Shown piece by piece: positions 49,871 through 62,851 of a DNA stretch of 64,000 bases. The notes under the pieces were generated by a model. It ran no database searches. It saw only the letters and a program-made list of their open reading frames with translations, and was not told where the DNA came from. Origin of the DNA: an uncultured Planctomycetota bacterium (GTDB lineage Bacteria > Planctomycetota > Planctomycetia > Isosphaerales > Isosphaeraceae); the NCBI GenBank assembly GCA_963823665.1, contig CAWGMQ010000005.1, forward strand, positions 1,120,001 to 1,184,000, given 5' to 3'. Every line of letters begins with the position of its first letter. Position 1 is the first letter of the stretch. The position numbers and the translations under genes are program-made.

Positions 49871-52800
49871 GCGGCGACGAGGCGACGCGCGCTGAGCGGC
49901 GGCTGGCCGACGCAATGGCCGCCTTTGACGACCGGTTGGCCGTCGGCCGCGAGACACCGCCCGATGAGCTTGGGGAGTCCGTCGACGCCGATCTCGTGCC
50001 CGAGTGGGAGCGGATCGCGGCGTTTTTGACACTCGTTGAACATGCCTGGCCCCGCGATGCCTCACACGCGGATCGCCGGACGGACCGGGCGCCCACCGGG
50101 CTTGTTAAGCCTGGAGCCGATGCTGACGCTGCTCCGCCCGAAGTCGCGGGCCCCGCCCAATTCGGCCGTTTCCAGATCCGAAAGACGCTCGGCCAAGGTG
50201 GGTTCGGGGTCGTCTTCCTCGCCTGGGACCCGGCACTGCGGCGCCAGGTCGCGCTCAAAGTCCCGCAGCCCGAGACTCTGGTAACGCCCGAGGCACGGAA
50301 GCGGTTCCTCCGCGAGGCGCACGCCGCCGCGACGCTCGACCACCCCAACATCGTCCCGGTGTATGAAAGCGGCAGCGTCGGCATGGTCGCTTACCTCGCG
50401 TCGACGTACTGCCTCGGCCCGACGCTCGCCGAATGGCTGGCGAGCCAATCACGGCCGGTGCCGCCGCACGACGTCGCCCACCTCGGCGCCACGCTAGCGC
50501 GGGCAATCCACCACGCGCACGAACGGGGCGTCCTCCATCGCGACCTGAAGCCCAGCAACGTCCTCCTGCAGCGACCCGGAGCCGTTGAAGGAGATGCCGA
50601 GGGCGACCATCTGCTCTCCGAATTCCAGCCGAGGATCACCGACTTCAGCCTGGCCTGGCTCGCCGACGGCGACGGGCCGAAGACCCGGAGCGGGGTCCCG
50701 ATTGGCTCACCCCCTTACATGGCCCCCGAACAGGCCGAGGGACGGCTCAAGGCGATCGGTCCGCCCACGGACGTCTACGGGCTTGGGTGCATTCTGTACG
50801 AGCTCTTGGCCGCTCGTCCTCCCTTCCGAGGCGAGAGTCAGCTCGAAATCCTGAAGCAAGTCAGCGCGGACGACCCGATCCCGCCTCGCCGGGTGCGGAA
50901 GGATATCTGCGTGGCGCTCGAGGCGATCACCCTTAAGTGCCTGGAGAAGGACCCCGCTCGGCGATACCAGTCCGGTTGTGAACTTGCCGACGACCTCGAC
51001 CGGTTCTTGGCTGGCGGGCCGACCGTCGCCCGCCCTGCGGGCCGATGGGAGAAGCTCCGGCACGCGGCGAAGCGGCATCCCGCGTCGGTCGCCATGCTCA
51101 CGCTCGGAATTCTTTTTGTGGGAACGCTCCTCGGTGGCAGACACTGGTTCGAGGACCGCTTGAGGGAAACTCGTCAGGCTGCTCGCCGGCTGGAGGATCA
51201 AGTCCGCGATCGCAAGTTGGCTGCACGCCGAGCTCAGTACGTCGCCGACATCCGTCAGGTGCCCCGGTACATACAAGATAATCGAACTTCCCTCGCGGAT
51301 GAGGTGCTCCTGCGTCATCGGCCGCGCCCGGGCGAGGACGACCTGCGCGGCTTCGCCTGGTATTATCTCCGGCAACGGAGCCATACCGAACGTCGCACCC
51401 TGGCGGGACATCGCGGCGACGCCTACTCCGTCGAGTTTTCGCCGCGCGGCGACCTGCTGGCGAGCGCTGGCAAGGATGGCACTGTCCTCGTTTGGGACAC
51501 CTCACGCTGGCAACTGGTCCGGAAGATCGTGGCCGCCCAAACGGAAGTCAACGCCGCGGCCTTCTCGCCCGACGGCAAGACGATCGCCACCGTCGACGAC
51601 GACGGTATGCTCAAACTTTGGGAAATCGCGACGGGCCATCGCCAACTGGAACGGCTCGCACACAGGGGTGATGCCGTCGTCGCCCGATTCACCTCAGACG
51701 GCAAGACGATCATCACGGGCGGCCGGGACGATGGGTCTCGTCAAGATTTGGGATCGAACTTCCGGGAACATGCTGGACTCGTTCTCGGTCGGCGATAAGA
51801 AACTTGAAAACGCTATCTTGTCCCCGGACGGCTCGTGTCTGGCCACCGTGGGAGGAGCGGGCGTCAAGCTATGGAAGTGGCCCGGTAGAGCTCTTATCGT
51901 CGCGCTCTCGGGAAGCGAGAACGCCCAGGGAACGGCCTTTTCTCGCGACGGGACGAGACTGACAACCGCGCATGAGACCGACCAAGCGCTTCGGCTCTGG
52001 GACGTGCCCGGCGGCCGCCTCGTGCGCGAAATCTGGGGGCATACCGAAGGCGTTTACTCCGTGCGCTTCTCGGCCGATGGTCGGACGATCTTATCGGCTA
52101 GCCGGGATGAGACGATCCGGCTCTGGGATGTGGCCACCGGTAAGGAGCGAGGCGTCCACCTGGGGCACTCCGGCCGAGTCTGGAACCTGGCCGTCTCGCC
52201 CGACGGCCAGACCATTGCCTCCGCAGGCCAGGACGGCACGGTCAAGCTCTGGGATCCCGAACCGCCCCCCAACGGCTTCGCGCTTCCGATTCCGGAACCC
52301 ACTGATCTCGAGTTCTCGACGGACGCACGAACCCTGCTGGTCCTTGAGGTCGGCTCCAAGTGGTCACTTTCCCGCTGGGACGTCCATTCGGGCTCGCTCC
52401 TTGATCGTAAGCCGCTGAACCTGACTGCCACCAATTGGATGTCAGCTTTTTCCCACGACGGCCGCCTGCTGGCGATCGCGAACGAGCCAGACACGATCAC
52501 ACTCTGCGAATTGGAGACCGGTCGCCGCCAGCGCCTCCGCGATCCGGCCATCGGTGAGGTCATTTCCCTCAAGTTCTCGTTTGACAACCGTTTCCTTCTC
52601 TTTCACACGGTGCGTCCGAAACCGGGATACCGGCTCTGGAGCCTCGCGAGCCAACGCTTGATACCTTGTCCAGCATGGGATAGCCCGCACGATAGTTGCT
52701 GGACACCTTCGCAGGAAGTGTTGACCGCCCTTCATGGTGGTGATCTCGGCTGGTGGAATCCCACGACGGGGCTGAGGAAGAGGGTTCCGCTTGATCCGCG

Positions 52801-53191
52801 TCACGCCGACATTTCGCTTCCTACCGTGTCGACCGATGGCCGATTCCTCGCCGCGGTTGATCGCAATCAGCGGGTCATCTATTTGCGGTCAACCGAGACA
52901 TTGAAGTTCGTGAAGGAGTTTGCGGGATATCGCGGCGGTCTATCTATCCTGGCCTTCTCACCCGATGGGAACACGCTCGCCTCGGCGTGCGACGATCAAA
53001 CCGTCAAGCTCTGGGACGTTCCAACGGGCGAGGATTTATTGACGCTCGGAGGCTACGGCGGCACGCCCTGGATCGTTCGGTTTTCGCCCGATGGCAAGGC
53101 TTTGGCCGCGATCGGCCCGACAGGTCCCAATAAACCGGGCGAGGTCCGGGTCTGGCTCGCTGCCGACACGGAGTCGGCAGAGCGACCGTAA
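49867..53191 (+). CDS. Ser/Thr kinase with WD40 repeats; frameshift (extra G) near 51733
   Basis: [21 protein letters not shown] and YMAPE motifs; WD40 repeats continue in the next frame after GATGGGTCTC. Confidence 0.9.
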
Positions 53192-53274
53192 GCGCACTAG
53201 GTTTGAATCCTAGCAGTCCATTGCTCGCGGCCGAGCTACGCCGATCCGGCCGCGGCGTTGATGGGCAACCAGCC

Positions 53275-53420
53275 GTGCGTGTAGCACAGACCCCATCGTT
53301 CAGGAAAGCCGTGAAACGGCTTCACCGCAATCAAAAGCTGGAACTGGATGAAGCCGTTAAGACCATCCTGGCCAATCCGCTGATCGGCGAGCAGAAGGTC
53401 GGCGATCTCGCGAGGATCGT
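53275..53420 (+). pseudogene. RelE/ParE-type toxin N-terminal remnant
   Basis: VRVAQTPSFRKAVKRL...LDEAVKTILANPLIGEQKVGDL, then truncated. Confidence 0.7.
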
Positions 53421-53429
53421 GTCGCCATC

Positions 53430-53657
53430 GTGGGCGATGTCCTGAATGGGATCAACATGGTGACATCATGGCCGGGACTGCACGAGCCTCCCGGCTTCTT
53501 TACCGTCGATGCCGCTCTGAACCGCTGTTCAATTCGTCGCTTGGCCGAGCTGGAGCCTCGTCTACTATGTTTCGGTCACGGCCCGCCGCTTCACGACATG
53601 AATAAATTCGACCGTTTCCTCAAGCGCACGCTGAACGATCGGGTCACCGTTCACTGA
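53430..53657 (+). pseudogene. MBL-fold hydrolase C-terminal remnant
   Basis: GDVL...SIRRLAELEPRLLCFGHG. Confidence 0.65.
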
Positions 53658-53867
53658 TTGTTGATGAGTTCATTGATCGTGCCACTTGCGAGCACCTGGC
53701 CGCGGTTCACCGCGTCGTCGAGCACCTTCGGCTTCTTGTTCTTCTGCGGCGAGTTCTCGACCGTGACCGTGCCAGCGGGCACTCCCGAGCCCAGGGCCAA
53801 TGCGCCGACTTTCACGTCGAAGCTGAGCGCATACCCCGCCTTGGCCTCCGCAGCGGCGCCGGCAACG

Positions 53868-55280
53868 TCACTCCTCGAGTGGCGGCGCCACGCCCCAGCT
53901 TCGTTCGAGGTGCGCGAGGAAAGCGCGGACATCGCCGATGTGCGAGAAGAGACTCGACACCAGCGAGGCATCGCTGGCCTCGCCGATGGCGATGCGTTCG
54001 AGGGCCGCGTCCTTGATCGTGCAGAGCTCTCGGTGAAGACGTCGGATGGCCGAACCGTCCTGATTTCCACTTTGCTCCAGCTCGAGTGCGCGTCGCTCGA
54101 CGCCGCTGATCAGGGCGATGAAACGATCGAACCCGAGCTCGCGGCGGAGCCGCATGCGGTTACGGAGCCATCCCCAGAACAGCAGGACCGTTCCGCCGGC
54201 AGGTAGCAGGATTTGCAGGGCATTGGAGAGCACGCCGATTCCCTCGCCCGTGATCAGCGGCTCGTCGCGGAGACGGTAATCCAGCGCACCGGGATGCCAG
54301 GGCACCTCCGCATGCTGGCGCACCATTCCCGCGTCGAGCGACGGCTGCATGGCCTCTGCGAACCGGCTGGCGATCATCAGGTCGAGCACCTTGGTGACCG
54401 TCCTGCGGTCGGTCTGGCTGTTCGTGACCAGCAGGACCCTGAGACCGAGCGTCAATATGGCTTGCGGCGGGACGGGCGGGCTCGCTTTGTATGCGTAAGC
54501 CGGGATCGTCGCGTCGACGATATTCTCCTTGCGGATCCCTTCGACCACGGGTGGCAGCGCCCCACGATGGAGGGCTGTCAGTCGGAACGCGTCTCCGAAC
54601 GGGAGCGGTACGAGCCGGTACCCGAAGTCGACAACCAGCCGACGCACCACTTCCGACGGCGGCATCGTCGAAATGAAGACGACATCCGGGAGCCGCGACG
54701 GGTCGTTCTCACGCACAAGCTCTTCGTACGGGATCACGAGCGGCTGGTAATCCTTGGGCGCGAGCCCGACGAACGAAAGAACCTCCTGGCTCAACAAGAA
54801 CATCACCGTGTGCTTGGCGCTGCCGAGGCTGATCGTCCTGCCGCGCAGGTTTTGCAGGTCCTCAACCACGGCGGCGTGATGCTCCTTCTTGACGAGCACG
54901 TGGACCGGCGCCACCGACAACACGCCGATCTGGCGAATGTTGTGGTAGTGGTCCATGTCAAATCCGCCGTGAACGATTGCGAAGTCAAGCTCGCCGGAGT
55001 GGACCTGGTCCAGCAAGTCGATCGTACCCGTAGCCATCTCCGGCTGAATATCGAGCTCAGTGCGAGCGGAATCCTTGGCGAGACTCAACAGGAATTCATG
55101 CACCGCGCCTTCGGTTTGCCCGGAACCGATCGTCACGCGGCGAGGACCACGCACATACAGCAGCCGGATGCTCAGCGATACGAGGATCACGAACGCCAGC
55201 ACGGCCAGCCAGCCGAGGAGCCGGCCCTGAAAACGCCTCTGCGCCAGCACCTGGTAATTCCAGACTCGCGGCCGCCTCAC
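53868..55280 (-). CDS. TAXI-family TRAP solute-binding-like protein with membrane anchors
   Basis: N-terminal TM; GT..LLDQVHSGELDFAIV, LRGRTISLG and VPWHPGALDY motifs; second TM near the C-terminus. Confidence 0.75.
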   Translation of the reverse strand: MRRPRVWNYQVLAQRRFQGRLLGWLAVLAFVILVSLSIRLLYVRGPRRVTIGSGQTEGAVHEFLLSLAKDSARTELDIQPEMATGTIDLLDQVHSGELDFAIVHGGFDMDHYHNIRQIGVLSVAPVHVLVKKEHHAAVVEDLQNLRGRTISLGSAKHTVMFLLSQEVLSFVGLAPKDYQPLVIPYEELVRENDPSRLPDVVFISTMPPSEVVRRLVVDFGYRLVPLPFGDAFRLTALHRGALPPVVEGIRKENIVDATIPAYAYKASPPVPPQAILTLGLRVLLVTNSQTDRRTVTKVLDLMIASRFAEAMQPSLDAGMVRQHAEVPWHPGALDYRLRDEPLITGEGIGVLSNALQILLPAGGTVLLFWGWLRNRMRLRRELGFDRFIALISGVERRALELEQSGNQDGSAIRRLHRELCTIKDAALERIAIGEASDASLVSSLFSHIGDVRAFLAHLERSWGVAPPLEE

Positions 55281-55597
55281 TGGTCGTGCCTCCGATCATG
55301 TCGCTCGCGTTGTCGCCAAAACAAATCAGGCCTGTCAAGAGTATCAGGAATCGCCGGAATCTCCAGGATGATCCGCCGCGTGCGCTCAGGCTTCCTTGGC
55401 GAAGGACACGATCAACTGCGTCTTCATCCGGCTCAGGGTCCCTGACGAGCCCGGATGGCCTTGTTTTCTCTCGAATTTGCGTCGCCGCGCCGGTATGATC
55501 CCGACCGCGGGTTCTCAAGCGACGACAGAAAAAAAATGCATCCGATCCTGTAACCTTTTCCGCCGTTTGGGAAGGTTATGTTGAGGGAGACAGCCCA

Positions 55598-58500
55598 ATG
55601 AAGGCCGTGTCGCAGCCTGACACCGAGGAATTGATCGAGCGCACCGCCCGAGGCGATGTGGAGGCGCGCCAGCAGTTGTTGGTACGGCACCGCAGCCGGC
55701 TGGTCAAGATGGTGGCCGTGCGGCTCGATCGCGGGGTCGCCGCGCGGCTGGACCCATCCGACGTGGTCCAGGAAGCGCTCGCGGAAGCCGCACAGCACCT
55801 GGATGAATTCCTGCGGACCCGGCCCCTCCCGTACTATGCCTGGCTGCGGCAGTTCGCCTGGGAACGACTGGTCAAGCTGCACCGCCACCACATCCGCTCG
55901 AAGAAGCGGAGCGTCACCCGCGAGGAGCCGTGGTCCATGCCGCTGCCTGAGGATTCAGTGCTGCGCCTGGCCCGCCTGGTGGCCAGCGGCGCCAGCCTCA
56001 GCCAGGCCTTGATCCGCAACGAGATGCGCGAGCGTCTCCGAACCGCCCTGGAGCAGTTGGCTCCGCACGACCGCGAGATTCTGGTCATGCGGAATCTCGA
56101 GCAGCTTACGATCGCCGAGATCGCCGAGGTGCTGGGCCTGACCGAGGGGGCCGTCAAGGTCCTGCCCTTGGCCGGCGGGCTCGACTCGCGCCAGCTCCAG
56201 CGCTTCAAGACCGAGGCCCAGGCCGCGGCGCTGTTGCACCACACGAACATTGTGCCGATCCATGCCGTCGGCTGTGAGCGCGGAGTGCATTACTTCGCGA
56301 TGCAGTTCATTGACGGCCAGACCCTCGCCCAGTTGATCAACGAACGGCGGAGCATCGAGCAGCCGCTCTCAAGTGGCGACGGTCCCCTCCAGTCTCCGGC
56401 CGCGACCCCGCGCGTTGGGCGCGGGTCTCCCGACCCCGCCCATCCCGCCGACCGGGGGTCTCCCGTTTCAGCGACAGGTTCCCCCACCCCCTCGTCCCGG
56501 ACCCGCGAGTTCATGCGCATGGCCGCCATGCTCGGCATCCAGGCCGCGGACGCGCTGGATCACGCCCACGGCCACGGCGTCGTTCACCGCGATATCAAAC
56601 CGGCGAATCTCATGCTCGACGCGGCTGGCTGCCTCTGGGTCACGGACTTCGGCCTGGCCCGGCTCCAGGACGACAACGGCTTGACAATGACCGGCGACTT
56701 GCTGGGCACGCTCCGTTACATGAGCCCCGAGCAAGCCCTCGGCCAGCGCGCGTACCTGGACCATCGGACCGATATCTACTCGTTGGGTGCGACCCTCTAC
56801 GAGATCTTGACCTTGCGACCGGCCATCGAGGGTCAGGACCGGCAGGAGATACTTCGCAGGATCGCCCAAGAGGAGCCGGCACCGCCGCGCCGGCTCAATC
56901 CGGCAATCCCGCGCGAACTGGAGACGATCCTGCTGAAGGCGATGAACAAGGAGCCGCAATCGCGCTATGCCACCGCACAAGAGCTGGCCGACGACCTGCG
57001 GCGGTTCGTGGAGGATAAGCCGATCAAAGCCAAACGGCCGAGCTTGGTGGAGCGAGCGACGAAGTGGACGCGGCGGCATCGAATGGTGGTCGCCACGGCC
57101 TTTCTCTTCCTTGTGCTGGCCGTCGTCACTCTGGCCACCAGCACGGTGTTGATCGCCCGCCAACAGCGCGAGGTGGAAAGACCGCGTGACGAGGCCGGCC
57201 AGGCCGTTGAGGATATGTACACCGAGGTGGCAGAGGAGTGGCTGGCCCAGCAGGCGGCGCTGGAGGGTGTGCAGCGGAAGTTCCTGCAGAAGGCATTAAA
57301 TTACTATGAGCGGTTCGCCGGGGATGCGGGCAAAGACGCGACGATCCGCTTGAAGACGGCCGTGGCCTACCGTCGCGTCGGCGAAATTCAGGAGAAACTA
57401 GGTGATTACAGCAAAGCAGAGTCAGCATGCCGTCAATCGGCAAGAATCATCGAGGGTCTCGCCACCGATGGCCCCTTCCTCCCGCAATACCAGAGCGAGC
57501 TCGCGATTAGCGAACTTGCACTTGTCCGACTGCTGTGGACAACTGGGCCTCAGGGCGAGGCCGAGCGGTTGACTGAGCGACTCACGATGCGCCTGGAGAA
57601 TCTGTCTGCGGAGCAACCCACATGGCCTCAGTACCGCGATCAGCTGGCACGCTGCCATATGGCGATGGCTCGATTCGTCTGGCGGACTGATCTTCATACC
57701 TGCGAGACGAAGCTGCGAAAAGCCATCGCACTATTCGAGAAGCTTGCAGCCGACTCACCCTCGAATCGCAAATATCAAGCTTCACTCGCTCAGGCGCACA
57801 ATAACTTGGGCCTTTTGCTCCGTGACCTCAGCCGTCCCCAAGACGCCCGAAACAGTTACAGTCGTGCAATTGCCGTGAATGAGAAGCTCGTTTCCGAATC
57901 GGCCTCCGCGCCGGACTACGTGAGCTCACTCGCGAGAAGTCTCGACAATCTCGCGCAGTTGGGAGGACTCACGAACGACCCGTCGGAACCCGAATAACTG
58001 TACCGCCGAGCAATCGAGCTGCAGGAAAAATTGATGGCTAGCTCGCCTTCAGTTCCGTCGTACCGAGCGCGCCTGGCAGCGACTTATGGCAACCTGGCCC
58101 TGATTCTGGGCGGTGAGCGCAAAAGGAGCGCGAGCAGGTATCTCGTCGCAGTACTGAAATATTCGACAAGCTGGCGACGGACTTCCCCACGTCGATCGAG
58201 TACCAGGGCTTTGCAGCAATGAGCCACAGAAATCTGGGCATCCTCCTCACGACAATGGGCCGTTCTACCGAGGCCGAGCTTGAGTTTCGATCCGTAATCA
58301 CATTGGCGCAAAAGCAGCCGAACGATGTGAGATCCGCCCCGCAATTCCTTTATGAGCTAGCGACCTGCACGATGAACCTGGCTGACCTCATGCGGTTGGG
58401 CGGCCGTTCGACGGATGCGGAGGAAATGGCCCGGGGAGGAATAGCCGTGCTGAAAAAACTCCGGGATTTCCACTCCCTGAACACCCTGGCGTGGACACTT

Positions 58501-58914
58501 TCCACCTGTCCGTACCCACGGCTCCGCGATCCCCAACTGGCCATCCACGTTGCGAAGCAAGCCCTGGAGTCAAGGCCGCTGCACGGAGAATACTGGACGA
58601 CCCTTGGCGTGGCACATTATCGCGCGGGGGAGTGGAAAGCGACGATCGACGCTCTTGAGAAGTCGACCGCAGTCAGCCCTGGCGATGACATCGTCCGCTG
58701 GTTCTTCCTTGCGATGGCACATTGCCAGCAGGGACACAAGGTGAAGGCCCGCACTTGGTTTGACAAGGCCGTCGAGTGGATGGATAAAAATAAATCACAG
58801 GACGATGAGCTGCGTGAATTTCGCGACGAGGCCGCGTCGCTCCTGGGGCTAACCGAGCATCCGAAGTCAACCGAAAGGAAGGAGGACGACACCAAGCAAC
58901 GGTCGAAGCCGTAA
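55598..58914 (+). pseudogene. In-frame ECF sigma::Ser/Thr kinase-TPR deletion fusion; internal TAA at 57995-57997 and a frameshift at about 58110-58150
   Basis: Sigma regions 2 and 4 up to LTEGAVKV join directly to kinase LPLAGGLDSRQLQRF; HRDIKPAN, DFG and YMSPE present; TPRs continue to 58914. Confidence 0.85.
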
Positions 58915-59213
58915 TCGCCAGGCTCATCGCCGAGCCCGACACGTGAAAATCTGAGCCGGCACCGTCATCTGAAGTATAACAACCGTGAAGTATAACAGCC
59001 GCCGGCAGCTCTGAGAGTGAACCGCCTTCTTTAGACAAGGCCCGCGAGAGGTCCGAGCGCTCGGTGTGCGCTCCTGTGGGCCATCGCATCACCGAACCAC
59101 CGGGAATTAGCTTTGTTGGAGCCGGCCGATGAGAACATTCTTAAATCGGCTCATGCCGCGTCAACCCGGGTACCCGGTCAAAGATCCGCACCTTCAGCTC
59201 AGGAGAAGCCCAC

Positions 59214-62200
59214 ATGCGCCGGCGACGACCCCGCTCAGTACGCACTTCATCCTCCGTACTCCGTCGCGTTTTCCGGCCAGTGCTGAGCTGGCTCGAGGCT
59301 CGCGTCCTCCTTTCCGGCAACCCCACCTACTACACGGTGAATCTGACGAGCGACACCGGCGCTAGCTCCGGCACCGACGCCATCACATTGAACCCTTCGG
59401 GCGACCTGCTTTGGGCCATTTCCCAGGCCAACGCCAACGCGAACCAGGCCGGCAGCGTGATCAATTTCGACCCGAGCCTGTTCGCCACTCCGCAGATTAT
59501 CGCGCTGTCGAGCACGCTGGAGCTCTCCGAATCGGCCGGTGCAGAGACGATCCAGGGGCCCGGTTCAGACATGCTCACAATCGGCGGCAACAACGCGGTG
59601 GGCGTGTTCCAGGTCGATAGCGGCGAAGTGGCGACGCTCCCCGGGCTGACAATCTCCGGCGGTGACGGCCAACGCGCCGGGGAGCGGCACGCCCACGGGC
59701 ACCGTGACCTTCTACCCCGACGGCGTCTCGATCGGCACCGGCACGCTTTCGGTCGTGGGCGGCCAGGATCAGGCGACCCGCACGACCAGCTCCCTCAGCA
59801 CGGCCACGCACTTGATAACCGCGGCCTATACCAGCGGCGACGGCAATTTCAATGCGAGCCCGGCCTCGACGGCGATCAGCCAGGTCGTCAACAAAGACAG
59901 CACCACGACGACCGCCGGCGCCTCGCCCAGCTCGGCAAACCTGGGCCAGACCGTGACGTTTACTGCGACGGTCTCGGCCAATTCGCCCGGCTCGGGCACA
60001 CCCACCGGAACGGTCGATTTCTACGAAACCACAACCAGCACTGACCTCACGCCCGGTGGCGTGGCGCTAACGTCGGGCACGGCTTCGTTCTCCACGACCA
60101 GCCTGGCCGCTGGGCCCCACACCATCACGGCGACCTATTCCGGCGACGGCAACTTCCTCAGCAGCTATGGCACCGCCGGCACCGTAACCGTGGGCCAGTC
60201 GATCATCGTGCTTGACCCCTCGGCGGGCGGAGCACTCAGCATCTCGGGCAATGCGTCGATCAACTTGCCGGGAGGGGTTTACGTCGATTCGAGCTCGTCG
60301 ACCGCGCTATCGGCCAGCGGCAACGCGTCGATCAAAGCAACCGTGATCGATGTGCACGGCGGCGTTTCCAGGAGTGGCAATGCGAGCTTTAGGCCGGCGC
60401 CGGTCACAGGTGCCGCCGTTGCCGCCGACCCATACGCGACGCTCGCGGAACCGAGCACGACGGGATTGACCAGCTTTGGCTCCGAGAGCGTAAGCGGCGA
60501 TTCGTCGGCAACGATCAAGCCCGGCATCTACTCCGGCATCTCGGTTTCGGGCAATGCCACGCTCACCATGAGTGCCGGGACGTACATCATCGAAGGAAGC
60601 GGGTTCTCGGTTTCCGGCGATGCGGGCGTCAATGGCACGGGCGTGACGATTTTTAATGCCGGCAGCAAGTACCCGACGACACCCGGGACCTACGGCGCCA
60701 TCTCGCTCTCCGGAAATGGGTCCTACAAGCTGACTCCGCCGACGGGTGGACCCTACGCCGGCATCGTGATCTTCCAGTCGCGCGACAACAGCAAGGCCCT
60801 CACCGTCAGCGGCAACGCGCCGGGGATGACCGGCGTGATCTACGCGCCCGCGGCTGCGCTCGGCGAGAGCGGCAACGCGGAGTTGAGTGCCTCCATCGAC
60901 GTCGATACGCTGTCGATCAGCGGCAACGGGGTTGCCAATACGATCACGCTGAGCTCGCCTTCCGGCACGGTTGCTCTTGCGCCAACCAGATCCGGGATGC
61001 CTATGGGTTGAGCGCCCTTGCGCTCGACGGCACCGGCCAGACGATCGCCATCGTGGATGCGTACGACGACCCGAGCATCATCCAGTCGGTCGATGCGTTC
61101 GACTCGCAGTTCAGCCTGACCGACTCCGGCCCGACGCTGTACCAGCGGTATGGACCGGCCTCGTCGTTCCTGACGGTGCTGAACCAGTACGGCCAGGCCA
61201 CCTCGCTGCCGGGCACGGACCCGAACGGCGCCGGCACGGATAACTGGGAAGTCGAGGAGGCGCTCGACGTCCAGTGGGCGCATGCGATCGCACCGGGCGC
61301 GCAGATCATCCTCGTCGAAGCGAACAGCCAGTCGCTCTCGGACCTGATGGCGGGCGTCGCCACGGCCGCCGCGCAGCCCGGCGTGACGGTCGTGTCGATG
61401 AGCTGGGGCTTCGCCGAAGGGCAAGCTGTTTTCGCAACCGATGAGGCGATCTACGACAGCACATTCAACGTGCCGGGCGTGACCTTCGTCGCGAGCACCG
61501 GCGATTATGGAGCGGCTGACCCGGAGTATCCGGCCTTCTCGCCGAATGTGGTCGCTGTCGGCGGCACGAGCCTGATGCTCAACGGCGGTCATTCGTACGA
61601 CAGCGAGACCGGCTGGGGCTATTTCTCGAGCGCGGCCGGTGCGTTGATCGGGTCTGGCGGCGGGATCAGCCTGTACGAGCCCGAGCCGGCTTTTCAGCAG
61701 GGCGTGCAGTCGACCGGCTACCGGACGACGCCGGACGTATCGCTGGTCGCCGATCCCGCCACGGGCGCCTGGATCGCCGATACCTACAACCTTGACCCGA
61801 GCAATCCCTTCGAGCTTGTGGGCGGGACGAGCCTGGCGGCGCCGGCCTGGGCCGGGCTCTTCGCCCTGGTGAATCAGGGGCGCGCGACCGTGGGCGAGTC
61901 AACCCTGAATAGCGCGGCACCCACCCAGGCGCAGCAAGCCCTCTACTCACTGCCGCCAAGCGATTACAACGCGATCACGAGCGGAACCAACGGCTACACG
62001 GCGAGCGCCGGGTACAACCTGGTAACCGGCCTGGGAACGCCCGTGGCTAATCTTCTGGTGCCCGACCTGGTCGCCTACCAGGGGCCGGGCACCACATACG
62101 CAGGCTCGCCCATCGCACCACTTCAGAACGCCGGCCTCGTCGATTCGGGGACCACCGACAGCCGGCCGATGGACGTATTCAGTGTGTTCAATTCCTTCAC

Positions 62201-62441
62201 GGTGACGAACGTCGGGCTCAGCCAGGCCCGCACCAAGGCTTCACGTCTTCCAGCCACGGCGCTCGAGCACGCGACGAATGCCACAGACCCGGCCAACCGC
62301 GTTCTCACGGCCGTCGACCAGCTCCTGGGCGTGCTTGTGGACACCGATTCGCACGACACGCTCATCGGCGACCTGGCGTTTGAACAGGTCTCGTCAGGCA
62401 CTCGTAAGGCAGCGGGAATCAGAATCGCGGCGCCCGCATGA
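59214..62441 (+). pseudogene. Large extracellular protein with Ig-like (Big_3) domains and an S53 sedolisin/kumamolisin peptidase domain; breaks near 59660 and 60980
   Basis: WLEARVLLS motif; TPTGTVTF...ITA.Y.GDGNF Ig repeats; EEALDVQW, ASTGDYG, GGTSLAAP and GYNLVTGLGTP S53 motifs. Confidence 0.85.
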
Positions 62442-62569
62442 TCACGCGCGGACTACATGGCCCGGCCGGCATCCAAGCCGCTTTCGGGTTTGTGGGACGC
62501 CATGATAGAATTCTCTCCAGACAGCTCGATGTCAGCCGCCATCGTAGATAATGCTGGGGAACCACTACC

Positions 62570-62851
62570 ATGATTCACGGAACGGCCCATCGCTACATTG
62601 TCACCAACGATCAGATTCTCAGCGGCGAGCCGATTATCGATGGCACGCGCACGCCAGTCCGGGCGATCGTCGAGCTGTGGCGGCAGGGCTTAGCACCGGA
62701 GACCATCCCCACTCGGCTGCCGCATCTGAGCCTGGCGCAGGTTTTCGACGCGCTGAGCTATTACAGCGACCATCAAGAGGAAATTCATCGGCATATCGAA
62801 CGGAATCGAATTCCGGATGAGCTCATCGATCCGCTGGTGAGAGAGTCGTGA
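62570..62851 (+). CDS. DUF433-family antitoxin
   Basis: ILSGEPIIDGTRTPV...LSLAQVFDALSYY.DHQEEI. Confidence 0.92.
   Translation: MIHGTAHRYIVTNDQILSGEPIIDGTRTPVRAIVELWRQGLAPETIPTRLPHLSLAQVFDALSYYSDHQEEIHRHIERNRIPDELIDPLVRES

Noticed and set aside
55549..55579. ECF-type promoter TGTAACC...GTTAT upstream of the sigma fusion
   Set aside because: Plausible autoregulatory promoter, but a single instance cannot be supported without a motif model.
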